From positions 5,419 through 69,418 of IMG/VR virus record IMGVR_UViG_3300037010_002901: a stretch of 64,000 nucleotides of DNA; one strand, given 5' to 3'. A program made the translations under genes and the position numbers. Positions 49,050 through 56,352 of the stretch are shown piece after piece; the first letter of the stretch is position 1, and each line of letters begins with the position of its first letter. This DNA is from a virus. Below the pieces are notes generated by a model. That model was not told where the DNA came from and did no database searches. It worked only from the letters and a program-made list of their open reading frames with translations.

Positions 49050-49220
49050 ATGAAAGGAATATATACAGTAAAACAATGCGCAGATAGTAGTGATGTGACT
49101 ATCGCGATTCAACAGGTAACAACTGAGATACACCGCAACCAGACTATGAATAGGCTGACTCGCAAGCTGTATCAGAGGTTGATAGCATTGCAAAACCTTA
49201 AAACAAAAAAAGGATGGTAA
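49050..49220 (+). CDS. IS passenger small protein
   Basis: MKGIYTVKQCADSSD...; directly after promoter TATCTTTG. Confidence 0.5.
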   Translation: MKGIYTVKQCADSSDVTIAIQQVTTEIHRNQTMNRLTRKLYQRLIALQNLKTKKGW

Positions 49221-49375
49221 TCATTACAGACAGCACCTATTGGAGCTACTATTGGACAGTAAAGATTTCTAAGATGCTTGGCGTACCGAGATACAAATGG
49301 TTTTGGTATGAACACGCGGGCACTGTCCGCAAGGGAACTATTTTATCTGAGGAGCTTATTAGAATAAAGTACTAA
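49214..49375 (+). CDS. IS passenger small protein
   Basis: MVIITDSTYWSYYW...; TAATG-coupled to the transposase. Confidence 0.4.
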   Translation: MVIITDSTYWSYYWTVKISKMLGVPRYKWFWYEHAGTVRKGTILSEELIRIKY

Positions 49376-50349
49376 TGATACAGTTAAAGACATTCAAAAC
49401 ACTCATTGACCTTATCCTTTATTTCAAAGATGAGCAGGTTGGACGTGACTACCTCGCGCAGATACGTTGGAGCGGTAAAACCGTTTGTCCTTACTGCGAT
49501 AGCGACAAGTGCTACACGTTTAAGAATGGTAAGGTATTCAAGTGTGGTGGGTGCAAACAACAGTTCTCAGTGCGCGTAGGCACTATGTTTGAGGATAGCA
49601 AAATACCTTTGTCAAAATGGTTCGCTACCATCTATTTACTGACCTCACATAAGAAAGGTATCAGTTCATTACAGCTTGGTAAAGACATAGGCGTGACGCA
49701 GAAAACAGCATGGTTCATGTTACACCGTTGCCGTAAGTCATTAGGACTTAATACAGGCACCGAAAAGCTGACTGGTACTATTGAGGCTGATGAAACTCTC
49801 ATGGGCGGTAAAGAAAAGAACAAACACAAGTCTAAGAGGACTGCAAACACACAGGGACGCAGTGTAGTGAACAAAACGCCAGTGATCGGTGTGATAGAGC
49901 GCAATGGTGAATTTCGCGCCACAGTAGCCAAGGATACATCTTCTAAATCTATCCGTCCGTTCATAGTCGGCAATGTAGAGTTCGGTGTTGACCTCAAAAC
50001 TGATGAGTGGTTAGGCTACACTGTCCTGTCAGGTATGTATCACCACAAGCGTATCAATCACGGTGTTGATGAGTATGTACATGGCGATACGCATACCAAC
50101 ACAATAGAAGGGGCATGGAGCCTGTTAAAGCGTTCGGTCTATGGAATCTATCACTCGGTATCTGCAAAGCACTTACAGCCTTATGTGACTGAATCGGTAT
50201 TCAGGTACAATACCCGTGAAATGAACGAGACGCAACGTTTTGACTATATGCTCAACAATATCAATACTCACATCACCTACAAACAACTTATTCAATCGCA
50301 TGACACAGACATCACAATTATTAGCACTGATAGACAAATGGAAGGTTAA
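49375..50349 (+). CDS. IS1595-family transposase
   Basis: CPYC..C..C Zn ribbon, KKGISSLQL, IEADET, TDEW, HTNTIEG.WS.LKR, E..FRYN. Confidence 0.95.
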   Translation: MIQLKTFKTLIDLILYFKDEQVGRDYLAQIRWSGKTVCPYCDSDKCYTFKNGKVFKCGGCKQQFSVRVGTMFEDSKIPLSKWFATIYLLTSHKKGISSLQLGKDIGVTQKTAWFMLHRCRKSLGLNTGTEKLTGTIEADETLMGGKEKNKHKSKRTANTQGRSVVNKTPVIGVIERNGEFRATVAKDTSSKSIRPFIVGNVEFGVDLKTDEWLGYTVLSGMYHHKRINHGVDEYVHGDTHTNTIEGAWSLLKRSVYGIYHSVSAKHLQPYVTESVFRYNTREMNETQRFDYMLNNINTHITYKQLIQSHDTDITIISTDRQMEG

Positions 50350-50554
50350 CAGGGCACTCTTAGCTTCTAAAATGGATATGCCTAAAGGCACGTTCAATAA
50401 TAAGCTGACAGGCTCTCTTAACTCTAAATTCAGTGACAAGGAACTAAACCAGTTGTGCAATATCCTGATAGACTTTCGCACAGACTTAGGAATAGTTGAG
50501 GGTGCTGATTTGAATGAGGCATTATCAATAATCGTAAACAATAAACCCGAATAG
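50300..50554 (+). CDS. HTH regulator (IS passenger)
   Basis: VNRALLASKMDMPKGTFNNKL; ATG 50300 preferred. Confidence 0.65.
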   Translation: MTQTSQLLALIDKWKVNRALLASKMDMPKGTFNNKLTGSLNSKFSDKELNQLCNILIDFRTDLGIVEGADLNEALSIIVNNKPE

Positions 50555-50555
50555 T

Positions 50556-51293
50556 ATGCCACGGATAAAAGAGGTAGAATTAGGAGTAAAACAGCAAACG
50601 CACAAGTTTGTTATTTGGTACACTGAGAAGGAAAAGTTCCACGTCAAGGGCGGTCTCAGTAGTGATATGGATGACCGCGTTAGAGGAATCCTAAAGGAAA
50701 ATGACAAATACAGAAAATTCGATACTGCTGAAACACTTGAAAAGCTGAGAGCGCAATTACAGGAATTTATTGAACTGTATTGGAAAGCGGTTGAGTCATC
50801 TCACAGGGTAATACTTATCAGTGCGGAATTTAGCGAAAGAATAAAGCGAACCTATGAGGTTGAAGCATGGGGAAGTCCATTTGATAAAGACGAAGCCCCG
50901 AGATACCACGAAGAAAGGGGGGGCTATCGCAATGAAGTGTATAAGGCTCCAAGATTTAACGATCACTCCTATGGTGGGGATAGTTCTTTAAAAATAGAGT
51001 TCAACTGGCTAATAGCTGATATAGTAAAGGGGGCTGAGGTTTCAGTAATAGAAATGCAACGCAATAAATCTGGTGAGTTTGTCAAGTGTGGTAAATCCTT
51101 TACAATGAATAAGCACAATCAGAGTAAGTATGTTGTCATAGACTACACCCCCGAACGCGAACAGTTCTTCATTAGCTTAGAGGAGCAGTTTAAAGTGATG
51201 GCTGATAAGATGGCCGCATTTATAAGCCAATCCGATGAAGGCATCGCAGCCTTAGTGGACTCTAAACAATTAACACTTTTACCAACCTTTTAA
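50556..51293 (+). CDS. hypothetical phage-like protein (IS passenger)
   Basis: Intact ORF inside the inverted repeats. Confidence 0.65.
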   Translation: MPRIKEVELGVKQQTHKFVIWYTEKEKFHVKGGLSSDMDDRVRGILKENDKYRKFDTAETLEKLRAQLQEFIELYWKAVESSHRVILISAEFSERIKRTYEVEAWGSPFDKDEAPRYHEERGGYRNEVYKAPRFNDHSYGGDSSLKIEFNWLIADIVKGAEVSVIEMQRNKSGEFVKCGKSFTMNKHNQSKYVVIDYTPEREQFFISLEEQFKVMADKMAAFISQSDEGIAALVDSKQLTLLPTF

Positions 51294-51296
51294 AAA

Positions 51297-51668
51297 ATGC
51301 AACTCAGGTTGAATAAGTATATAATTGCCAAAAAAATTAAAGAATTGGTAGCTAAATACTACCCTGAGAAACAAACCGAATCTGCATTGTATAAAGCCAA
51401 ACGAGCTGTATTCAAGAAAGGTGCCGAGGAATTTTCACGACTTCAAGAAGTGAAAGAAAAACCTGTTAATAGTAGTGATAAAGAACCGTTGTTCGTTTAC
51501 TTCGTATCATACAATTTTCTTGATCAAAATATGATTCGTGCCGGGAGAATTGAAATTGGATTTAAAAGAAAAATCAAAAATATTTTTGATGTTATAGAAC
51601 TAGAAAAAGAGATTGAAGTTAATCACATCAAACAGAAATGTATAGTTATAAATTTCATTCAACTTTAA
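51297..51668 (+). CDS. hypothetical protein with IS-derived N-terminus
   Basis: First ~11 codons lie within the IS right end. Confidence 0.45.
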   Translation: MQLRLNKYIIAKKIKELVAKYYPEKQTESALYKAKRAVFKKGAEEFSRLQEVKEKPVNSSDKEPLFVYFVSYNFLDQNMIRAGRIEIGFKRKIKNIFDVIELEKEIEVNHIKQKCIVINFIQL

Positions 51669-51671
51669 CAC

Positions 51672-52010
51672 ATGAACTCAAAAGAAGAATATGGCAGTGT
51701 TTACAAAATACTTGCTCCAATCTTTAAAGCCGATCACCCGGTCTGCGAGGCAAATCTTGACGGATGCACGCATAAGACTGTTGATATACACCATAGAGCT
51801 AGAAGAGACGGCATCCGGCTTATTATGGAATGCTTTTTTCTTGCTGTCTGCCGGCATTGTCATGATATCATTGGTGTCAATTCTAAAATGGCTTTTGAAA
51901 CTGGACTTAGCTTAAATGCTGGTCACTTCGAAGTCACATCAGCGGTCCGACTGTTCAAATTAAATTACGATAAAGAAGCATTTTTAAAACAACTAAAAGA
52001 AAGAAAGTGA
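51672..52010 (+). CDS. HNH-like nuclease
   Basis: CEA...C....DIHH...R ... LAVCRHCH. Confidence 0.7.
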   Translation: MNSKEEYGSVYKILAPIFKADHPVCEANLDGCTHKTVDIHHRARRDGIRLIMECFFLAVCRHCHDIIGVNSKMAFETGLSLNAGHFEVTSAVRLFKLNYDKEAFLKQLKERK

Positions 52011-52198
52011 CCCGTACCCCATCAATTATCAAAGACCTCTTGCCAGGGAGTAAGTTTTATTTTACTGGGAAATCCTCAATTGAAGTTTATTCAGTGATTA
52101 AAATTGAACAAAAAGGAAAATTTCTTTCTATTTGGCATGATAAATCCCCTCATGCATTAGTGGAAAAACTTGAAAAGAAAATTATCATCATCACTTAA
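52007..52198 (+). CDS. hypothetical protein
   Basis: GTGA overlap with the upstream stop. Confidence 0.5.
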   Translation: MTRTPSIIKDLLPGSKFYFTGKSSIEVYSVIKIEQKGKFLSIWHDKSPHALVEKLEKKIIIIT

Positions 52199-52208
52199 AA
52201 TTTATAAA

Positions 52209-52547
52209 ATGGAATTTACAAAAGAAAATTTTTGGAATGAGCTTTATACTGCATTTCCAGAAGGTACACAAATATTCTGTGATTGGATGGACCGATATAA
52301 AGCTAATAACAATTGGAATGAGCTTTTTAATAGCGATAGCAATTGGCAAGATGCGAATGGTAAAAATGCTCTAGCTCCAAAATTCCACAATCTTCCATAT
52401 GCTATGCAATTGGGAATATGGATAGAGTTCGTCATTGAAAATACTCCAGAGTGGGAGATAGAAAATATGTCCAAATATGATCTTCGTGAAGACATATCAG
52501 AATATGTAAAACACGTTTTACAGGCTACGGCTACTACAAAACTTTAA
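52209..52547 (+). CDS. hypothetical protein
   Basis: MEFTKENFWNEL...; ATG 52209 preferred. Confidence 0.6.
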   Translation: MEFTKENFWNELYTAFPEGTQIFCDWMDRYKANNNWNELFNSDSNWQDANGKNALAPKFHNLPYAMQLGIWIEFVIENTPEWEIENMSKYDLREDISEYVKHVLQATATTKL

Positions 52548-52596
52548 CTTTTCTATTAATAAAAACCTGACTGTGTATAGGCAACAGTATAAAAAC

Positions 52597-53250
52597 ATGA
52601 AAAAATTGATCACAGTGTTAAGTATTGCAGCTATCTGCCATGCACTAAACAAAGCCTACTGCGAAGGTCTGGGTGATACCACCCAACCAAGCTGGGAAGA
52701 TGCACCCCAGTGGCAAAAAGACTCTGCAGTAAATGGAGTGAGCTTCCACCTGGCTTATCCTGACGCGCCAGCTTCAGCAAGTCACGAAAACTGGATGAAT
52801 GAAAAGCTGGCAGACGGCTGGAAGTACGGCCAGGTGAAAGACCCGGCAAAGAAAGAGCACCCATGCTTAGTGCCTTTCAATGAGTTGCCGGCCACGCAGC
52901 AGGCTAAAGATTTTATCTTTAAGCAAACAGTACATGAGCTGGCGCCATACATCAGCGAAGAAGGAGAAAAGAAGGAGACCGAAGTAGAAAAAACGGCTTT
53001 TGAGACTAATCTGAAAATCGGCGATGATGTAATGGTAAAGAGCGGAGGTCCTAAAATGAAGGTAGATGTAGTCTTTAATACCCCGCTGGGTGTAAAGGCA
53101 CACTGTACCTGGCCAGTAGGCAACCGCCAAACTTCTGACGTATTTTTCGAGCATACTCTCTACAAATTTGATCCTGCTCAGGAAGAAGCTACAGAAGCAA
53201 AGGCAAACGAAGGCCCGAGCCTGCCTAGTGACGAGAAAGTCAAGGCTTAA
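52597..53250 (+). CDS. RyR-domain protein fused to DUF2158/YodC-like domain
   Basis: SHENWM..K.ADGWKYG.VKD..KKEHPCLVPF.ELP and KIGD.V.VKSGGPKMKV..C.W. Confidence 0.8.
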   Translation: MKKLITVLSIAAICHALNKAYCEGLGDTTQPSWEDAPQWQKDSAVNGVSFHLAYPDAPASASHENWMNEKLADGWKYGQVKDPAKKEHPCLVPFNELPATQQAKDFIFKQTVHELAPYISEEGEKKETEVEKTAFETNLKIGDDVMVKSGGPKMKVDVVFNTPLGVKAHCTWPVGNRQTSDVFFEHTLYKFDPAQEEATEAKANEGPSLPSDEKVKA

Positions 53251-53267
53251 ACTTTCGGTGAAATTTG

Positions 53268-53394
53268 TACATTTGTGATGCTTATCAATATCACCAATGA
53301 ACTACAATTTTTCATTTAGAATACTCCCGCAGAGATGCAATCCTCCCAGAATCACGGGTGGTATTGATAAGCCTTCTCTGCGGGTTTTTTATTC
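53268..53394 (+). promoter_or_regulatory. promoter plus leader switch with interleaved helices
   Basis: TACATTTG; GCTTATCAATATCACC/GGTGGTATTGATAAGC and CCCGCAGAGA/TCTCTGCGGG plus TTTTTT. Confidence 0.7.
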
Positions 53395-53613
53395 ATGAAA
53401 ACTAGAAAAAAGATTCACCAAGAAAAAGAAAACCAGCTCGGCGTAGCCCTCGGGACCGCAGCAAATCGACTAAGAAAAAGTATTATGTTCTCGATGGCTA
53501 AACGCCTGAATGAACATATTTGATTCAAATGCGGTAAAGAGATTGAAACAATTGCAGAATTTTCCATAGATCATAAAAAGGCTTGGAAAGATATGCTAAA
53601 CAAAAAATTATAA
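53395..53613 (+). pseudogene. degenerate HNH endonuclease
   Basis: QLGVALGTAANRLRKSIMF...HI*FKCGKEIE...SIDHKKAW; TGA at 53521 where a Cys is expected; C-terminus missing. Confidence 0.65.
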
Positions 53614-53614
53614 A

Positions 53615-55075
53615 ATGTTCATCTGTAGTAAAAATTTAGAGTATCTGAAAACCATACCAGATAATACTTACGATAGTATTGTCACAGATGCGCCGTATGG
53701 TCTTGGCAAAGAGCCGGACGCCGTCAAAGTGCTGCAGGCATGGATTACCACCGGTTACTATGAGATCGGCGGGAAGGGATTCATGGGCAAAGAGTGGGAT
53801 GCATTCGTACCTCAGCCTCTATTCTGGAAAGAAGTGATCCGTGTGCTAAAACCTGGTGGCCATGTCCTCTGCTTCTTCGGTACCCGCACTTATGACTGGG
53901 GTGTGATGGCTATGCGCCTCGCAGGGTTTGAGATTCGTGATCAGATAGACTGGCTTTATGGTCAGGGATTCCCTAAAAGTCTGAATGTGAGCGTGGCGAT
54001 AGATAAGGAACTAGGAGCAGAAAGGGAGGTAATCGGAAAACGAGAGCATCCAACTTTGAAAGATAAATCAAAAATAAATCGTCAAGGCAATCAACAATTT
54101 CATGGAGAAAATAATATAAAAGACGAATGGGATGTGACAGGACCGAATTCGGATTACGCAAAACAATTCGACGGCTTTGGCACCGCTCTAAAACCCGCTC
54201 ATGAGCCGATAGTCATGGCCCGCAAACCCCTTTCAGGTACCGTTGCGAAGACAGTATTAGAGCATGGGACAGGAGGAATCAATATTGATGGCTGTAGAAT
54301 ACCATTTGCCGGAGATACCGATCTAAGGCTGCTATATGGGGGAGGTACCGATATCCTGAGGGGAAACTATGTAGGTGCTACGCATGGCAACGGTAAAGAA
54401 AATATCGAAGCTAACGACCTCGGCCGCTGGCCCGCCAATGTGATTATAGATGAAGAAGCTGCTACCATGATTGATCAGCAAACAGGAAAACTTACCAGTG
54501 GTGCTATGACAAAAAGTTATGAATATACCAACAATGGATTTTCATTAGGAAAACCAAGCGGCAGCACGAAGCAAATCCATGAAGCAAACAGCGGCGGAGG
54601 CTCCCGTTTCTTTTACTGCGCCAAGCCATCGAAAGAGGAGCGAAACAAGGGATGCGAACAAATGGAGCAAAAACCTTCCGGAGTAAAAAATGCCAGCGGT
54701 CGCGGGTACTCTGAGTCAGACCCATATAAGCAGGTACTCAATCAAAACACACACCCGACAGTAAAGCCAATCTCGCTTATGCGTTACTTGGTAAAAATGG
54801 TTACACCCCCAGGAGGTCATTGTTGCGATCCTTTTATTGGCAGCGGTACTACGCATATAGCATGTGAACTAGAGGGGTTTGAATGTACCGGTATTGACGA
54901 TGATCAAGAAAGTATTTTAATAGCCAAGGCACGAAGTAAAGGTTGGGCCGACGAGATTGCAGCAGCGGCATACCTGCGCACCCATCCAAAAGCACCGCCT
55001 GAGTCTGTCAAAAATCTAACTGCGGATCAAATAAGTTTTTTAGCGGGAAATATTCAAACATCACTTTTCTTATGA
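53615..55075 (+). CDS. DNA methyltransferase (N6A/N4C, beta class)
   Basis: VTDAPYG motif IV variant, HPTVKP, DPFIGSGTT motif I. Confidence 0.9.
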   Translation: MFICSKNLEYLKTIPDNTYDSIVTDAPYGLGKEPDAVKVLQAWITTGYYEIGGKGFMGKEWDAFVPQPLFWKEVIRVLKPGGHVLCFFGTRTYDWGVMAMRLAGFEIRDQIDWLYGQGFPKSLNVSVAIDKELGAEREVIGKREHPTLKDKSKINRQGNQQFHGENNIKDEWDVTGPNSDYAKQFDGFGTALKPAHEPIVMARKPLSGTVAKTVLEHGTGGINIDGCRIPFAGDTDLRLLYGGGTDILRGNYVGATHGNGKENIEANDLGRWPANVIIDEEAATMIDQQTGKLTSGAMTKSYEYTNNGFSLGKPSGSTKQIHEANSGGGSRFFYCAKPSKEERNKGCEQMEQKPSGVKNASGRGYSESDPYKQVLNQNTHPTVKPISLMRYLVKMVTPPGGHCCDPFIGSGTTHIACELEGFECTGIDDDQESILIAKARSKGWADEIAAAAYLRTHPKAPPESVKNLTADQISFLAGNIQTSLFL

Positions 55076-55275
55076 ATGAGAAAGATTTTGAAAAAGGCAT
55101 TCGGTTCTACCAAGCAGATCGTACCTGCAGAAATTATAATATTGTCCAAGTAGTTTTGAAAATAGATCAGGGATACGTACATACAGATATCAGACCCGAC
55201 GGTTTTGGAATAAGCAGCTACTATGCTGAAAAATGCAGAATAGCAAAAATTCTTAGCTGGAGGACCCTGCTATGA
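55072..55275 (+). CDS. hypothetical protein
   Basis: ATGA overlap with the methyltransferase stop. Confidence 0.5.
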   Translation: MNEKDFEKGIRFYQADRTCRNYNIVQVVLKIDQGYVHTDIRPDGFGISSYYAEKCRIAKILSWRTLL

Positions 55276-55433
55276 AAAGAATAAATTTTATGTTCCCAGG
55301 AGTAGACGCATTCAAAGAACCCAAAAAAAAAGGCTGCATATATTTGAGCTCTGTTTTTGGTGTAGCCACTACATACAAATAAGGTGTAATTTCTACTACT
55401 TTACCTTTCATTGGACAAAAATATAAAAAATTG

Positions 55434-55506
55434 GGTATCATACGGGATTCGAACCCGTTCCGATCAGTACCACAAACTGATGCTCTACCACTAAGCTAAT
55501 GACACC
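55434..55506 (-). tRNA. tRNA-His(GTG)
   Basis: G-1, GTGTCAT/ATGATAC acceptor, TCAGT-TTGTGGT-ACTGA, TTCGAAT T loop. Confidence 0.9.
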
Positions 55507-55515
55507 AAATAACAC

Positions 55516-55583
55516 GTGCAGCGGAACTACTTTTATTCCTATACCCTTTCGGATAGTTGGGTTTGAACCAACACCATCTGCAC
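55516..55583 (-). ncRNA. circularly permuted tRNA-like RNA
   Basis: GTGCAG-ATGGT-GTTGG TTCAAAC CCAAC-TATCC GAAA GGGTA-TA-GGAAT AAAAGTA GTTCC-G-CTGCAC. Confidence 0.65.
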
Positions 55584-55586
55584 TCG

Positions 55587-55659
55587 TAGAGTAGACCGGG
55601 CTCGAACCGGCGACCCCTTGCTCCCAAAGCAAGCACGCTACCAACTGCGCTACTACTCT
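55587..55659 (-). tRNA. tRNA-Pro(TGG)
   Basis: AGAGTAG/CTACTCT, CTTGC-TTTGGGA-GCAAG, GCCGG-TTCGAGC-CCGGT. Confidence 0.9.
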
Positions 55660-55700
55660 ATTTTTGTCACAATTATACCGTAAATGTGTGACAGATTTCG

Positions 55701-55771
55701 TTGTCCATTCTGGATTCGAACCAGAGTTATCGGGTCCAAAACCCGATCTCCTGCCGCTAGACAAATGGACA
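55701..55771 (-). tRNA. tRNA-Gln(TTG)
   Basis: TGTCCAT/ATGGACA, TCGGG-TTTTGGA-CCCGA, TTCGAAT. Confidence 0.9.
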
Positions 55772-55806
55772 ATAAAAAACCCCTACCAATTTCTCGGTAA
55801 GGGTCT
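55772..55806 (-). terminator. attenuator terminator immediately upstream of tRNA-Gln
   Basis: AGACCCTTACCGA-GAAA-TTGGTAGGGGTTT plus TTTAT. Confidence 0.75.
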
Positions 55807-55830
55807 ATATATGGTACACACACAGGCTGC

Positions 55831-55884
55831 CTATCCGATTGGTCGGTTAAGTGGCTGCGGCTGATGTGATATCCTCGTGATCAT
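55831..55884 (-). CDS. leader peptide MITRISHQPQPLNRPIG
   Basis: ATG 4 nt after promoter TACATTTG; His/Gln/Pro codons match the downstream tRNAs. Confidence 0.75.
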   Translation of the reverse strand: MITRISHQPQPLNRPIG

Positions 55885-55926
55885 GGCACAAATGTATAAA
55901 ATACAAATGGAATTGTAAAACTACAA
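55885..55926 (-). promoter_or_regulatory. Bacteroidota-type promoter of the Gln/Pro/His tRNA operon
   Basis: TTGTAGTTTT-N20-TACATTTG-TGCC-ATG. Confidence 0.75.
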
Positions 55927-56010
55927 TGAATTTTAAAAATAATTTTTGAGCAATAGCAACGGTTTTAAGGTTGATATTGTTTTTTAATTGTAGAACTACA
56001 AGACAAAAAG

Positions 56011-56082
56011 TGGTATCGGATGGAATCGAACCACCGACGCGGACGCCTTCAACGCCCCGCTCTACCCCTGAGCTTCGATACC
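56011..56082 (-). tRNA. tRNA-Phe(GAA)
   Basis: GGTATCG/CGATACC, GGGCG-TTGAAGG-CGTCC, TTCGATT. Confidence 0.9.
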
Positions 56083-56087
56083 TTTTG

Positions 56088-56145
56088 TGGTCAGCGGATG
56101 GAATAAAACCACCATAGACCGAAGCCAACGCATTTTACAGTGCGC
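56088..56145 (-). pseudogene. tRNA-Tyr(GTA) remnant lacking the 5' acceptor strand and D arm
   Basis: GCGCA-CTGTAAA-TGCGT anticodon arm, GGC-TTCG-GTC variable arm, degenerate T loop TTTTATT. Confidence 0.75.
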
Positions 56146-56148
56146 ATG

Positions 56149-56222
56149 CACGTAGGGTAGGACTCGAACCTAACAACCTGCGGTTTTGGAGACCGATGCT
56201 CTACCAATTGAGCTACCTACGT
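56149..56222 (-). tRNA. tRNA-Trp(CCA)
   Basis: ACGTAGG/CCTACGT, CGGT-CTCCAAA-ACCG, TTCGAGT. Confidence 0.88.
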
Positions 56223-56266
56223 AAATTGAAGAGCCCCTGCAGAAAATCTCTACAGGGGCTCTTCAA
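56223..56266 (-). terminator. attenuator hairpin immediately upstream of tRNA-Trp
   Basis: TTGAAGAGCCCCTGTAGA-GATTT-TCTGCAGGGGCTCTTCAA plus TTT. Confidence 0.75.
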
Positions 56267-56283
56267 GTATATCCGAAACTAAT

Positions 56284-56352
56284 CTACATACCAATCTGAG
56301 CCCCCTTGCAGAGACTATACCAGAACGATAATGATAGATTAGAAAATTTCAT
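56284..56352 (-). CDS. leader peptide MKFSNLSLSFWYSLCKGAQIGM
   Basis: ATG 4 nt after promoter TATATTTG; TTC TGG TAT match the downstream Phe/Trp/Tyr tRNAs. Confidence 0.75.
   Translation of the reverse strand: MKFSNLSLSFWYSLCKGAQIGM

Larger units (their letters stand above)
48945..51329 (+). mobile_element. IS1595-family element with passenger genes
   Basis: 23-bp terminal inverted repeats GGCAACTATATACTTATTCAACC (48945-48967) and GGTTGAATAAGTATATAATTGCC (51307-51329), one mismatch; no target duplication seen. Confidence 0.85.

Noticed and set aside
53521-53523. TGA as selenocysteine or recoded Cys in the HNH CxxC
   Set aside because: The gene is also truncated at its C-terminus, no Sec or suppressor tRNA is present, and TGA ends many other genes.
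55507-55700. Theta (HDV-like) ribozymes after tRNAs
   Set aside because: No nested double-pseudoknot pattern recognised by eye; the spacer after tRNA-Pro fits a permuted cloverleaf better. A covariance search would be needed to exclude them fully.
55438-56128. ORFs 55438..55764, 55664..55864 and 55847..56128
   Set aside because: They overlap tRNA genes and regulatory hairpins; spurious.
55772-56352. T-box riboswitches as the tRNA regulators
   Set aside because: No T-box consensus or stem I; the leaders are short and contain ORFs.
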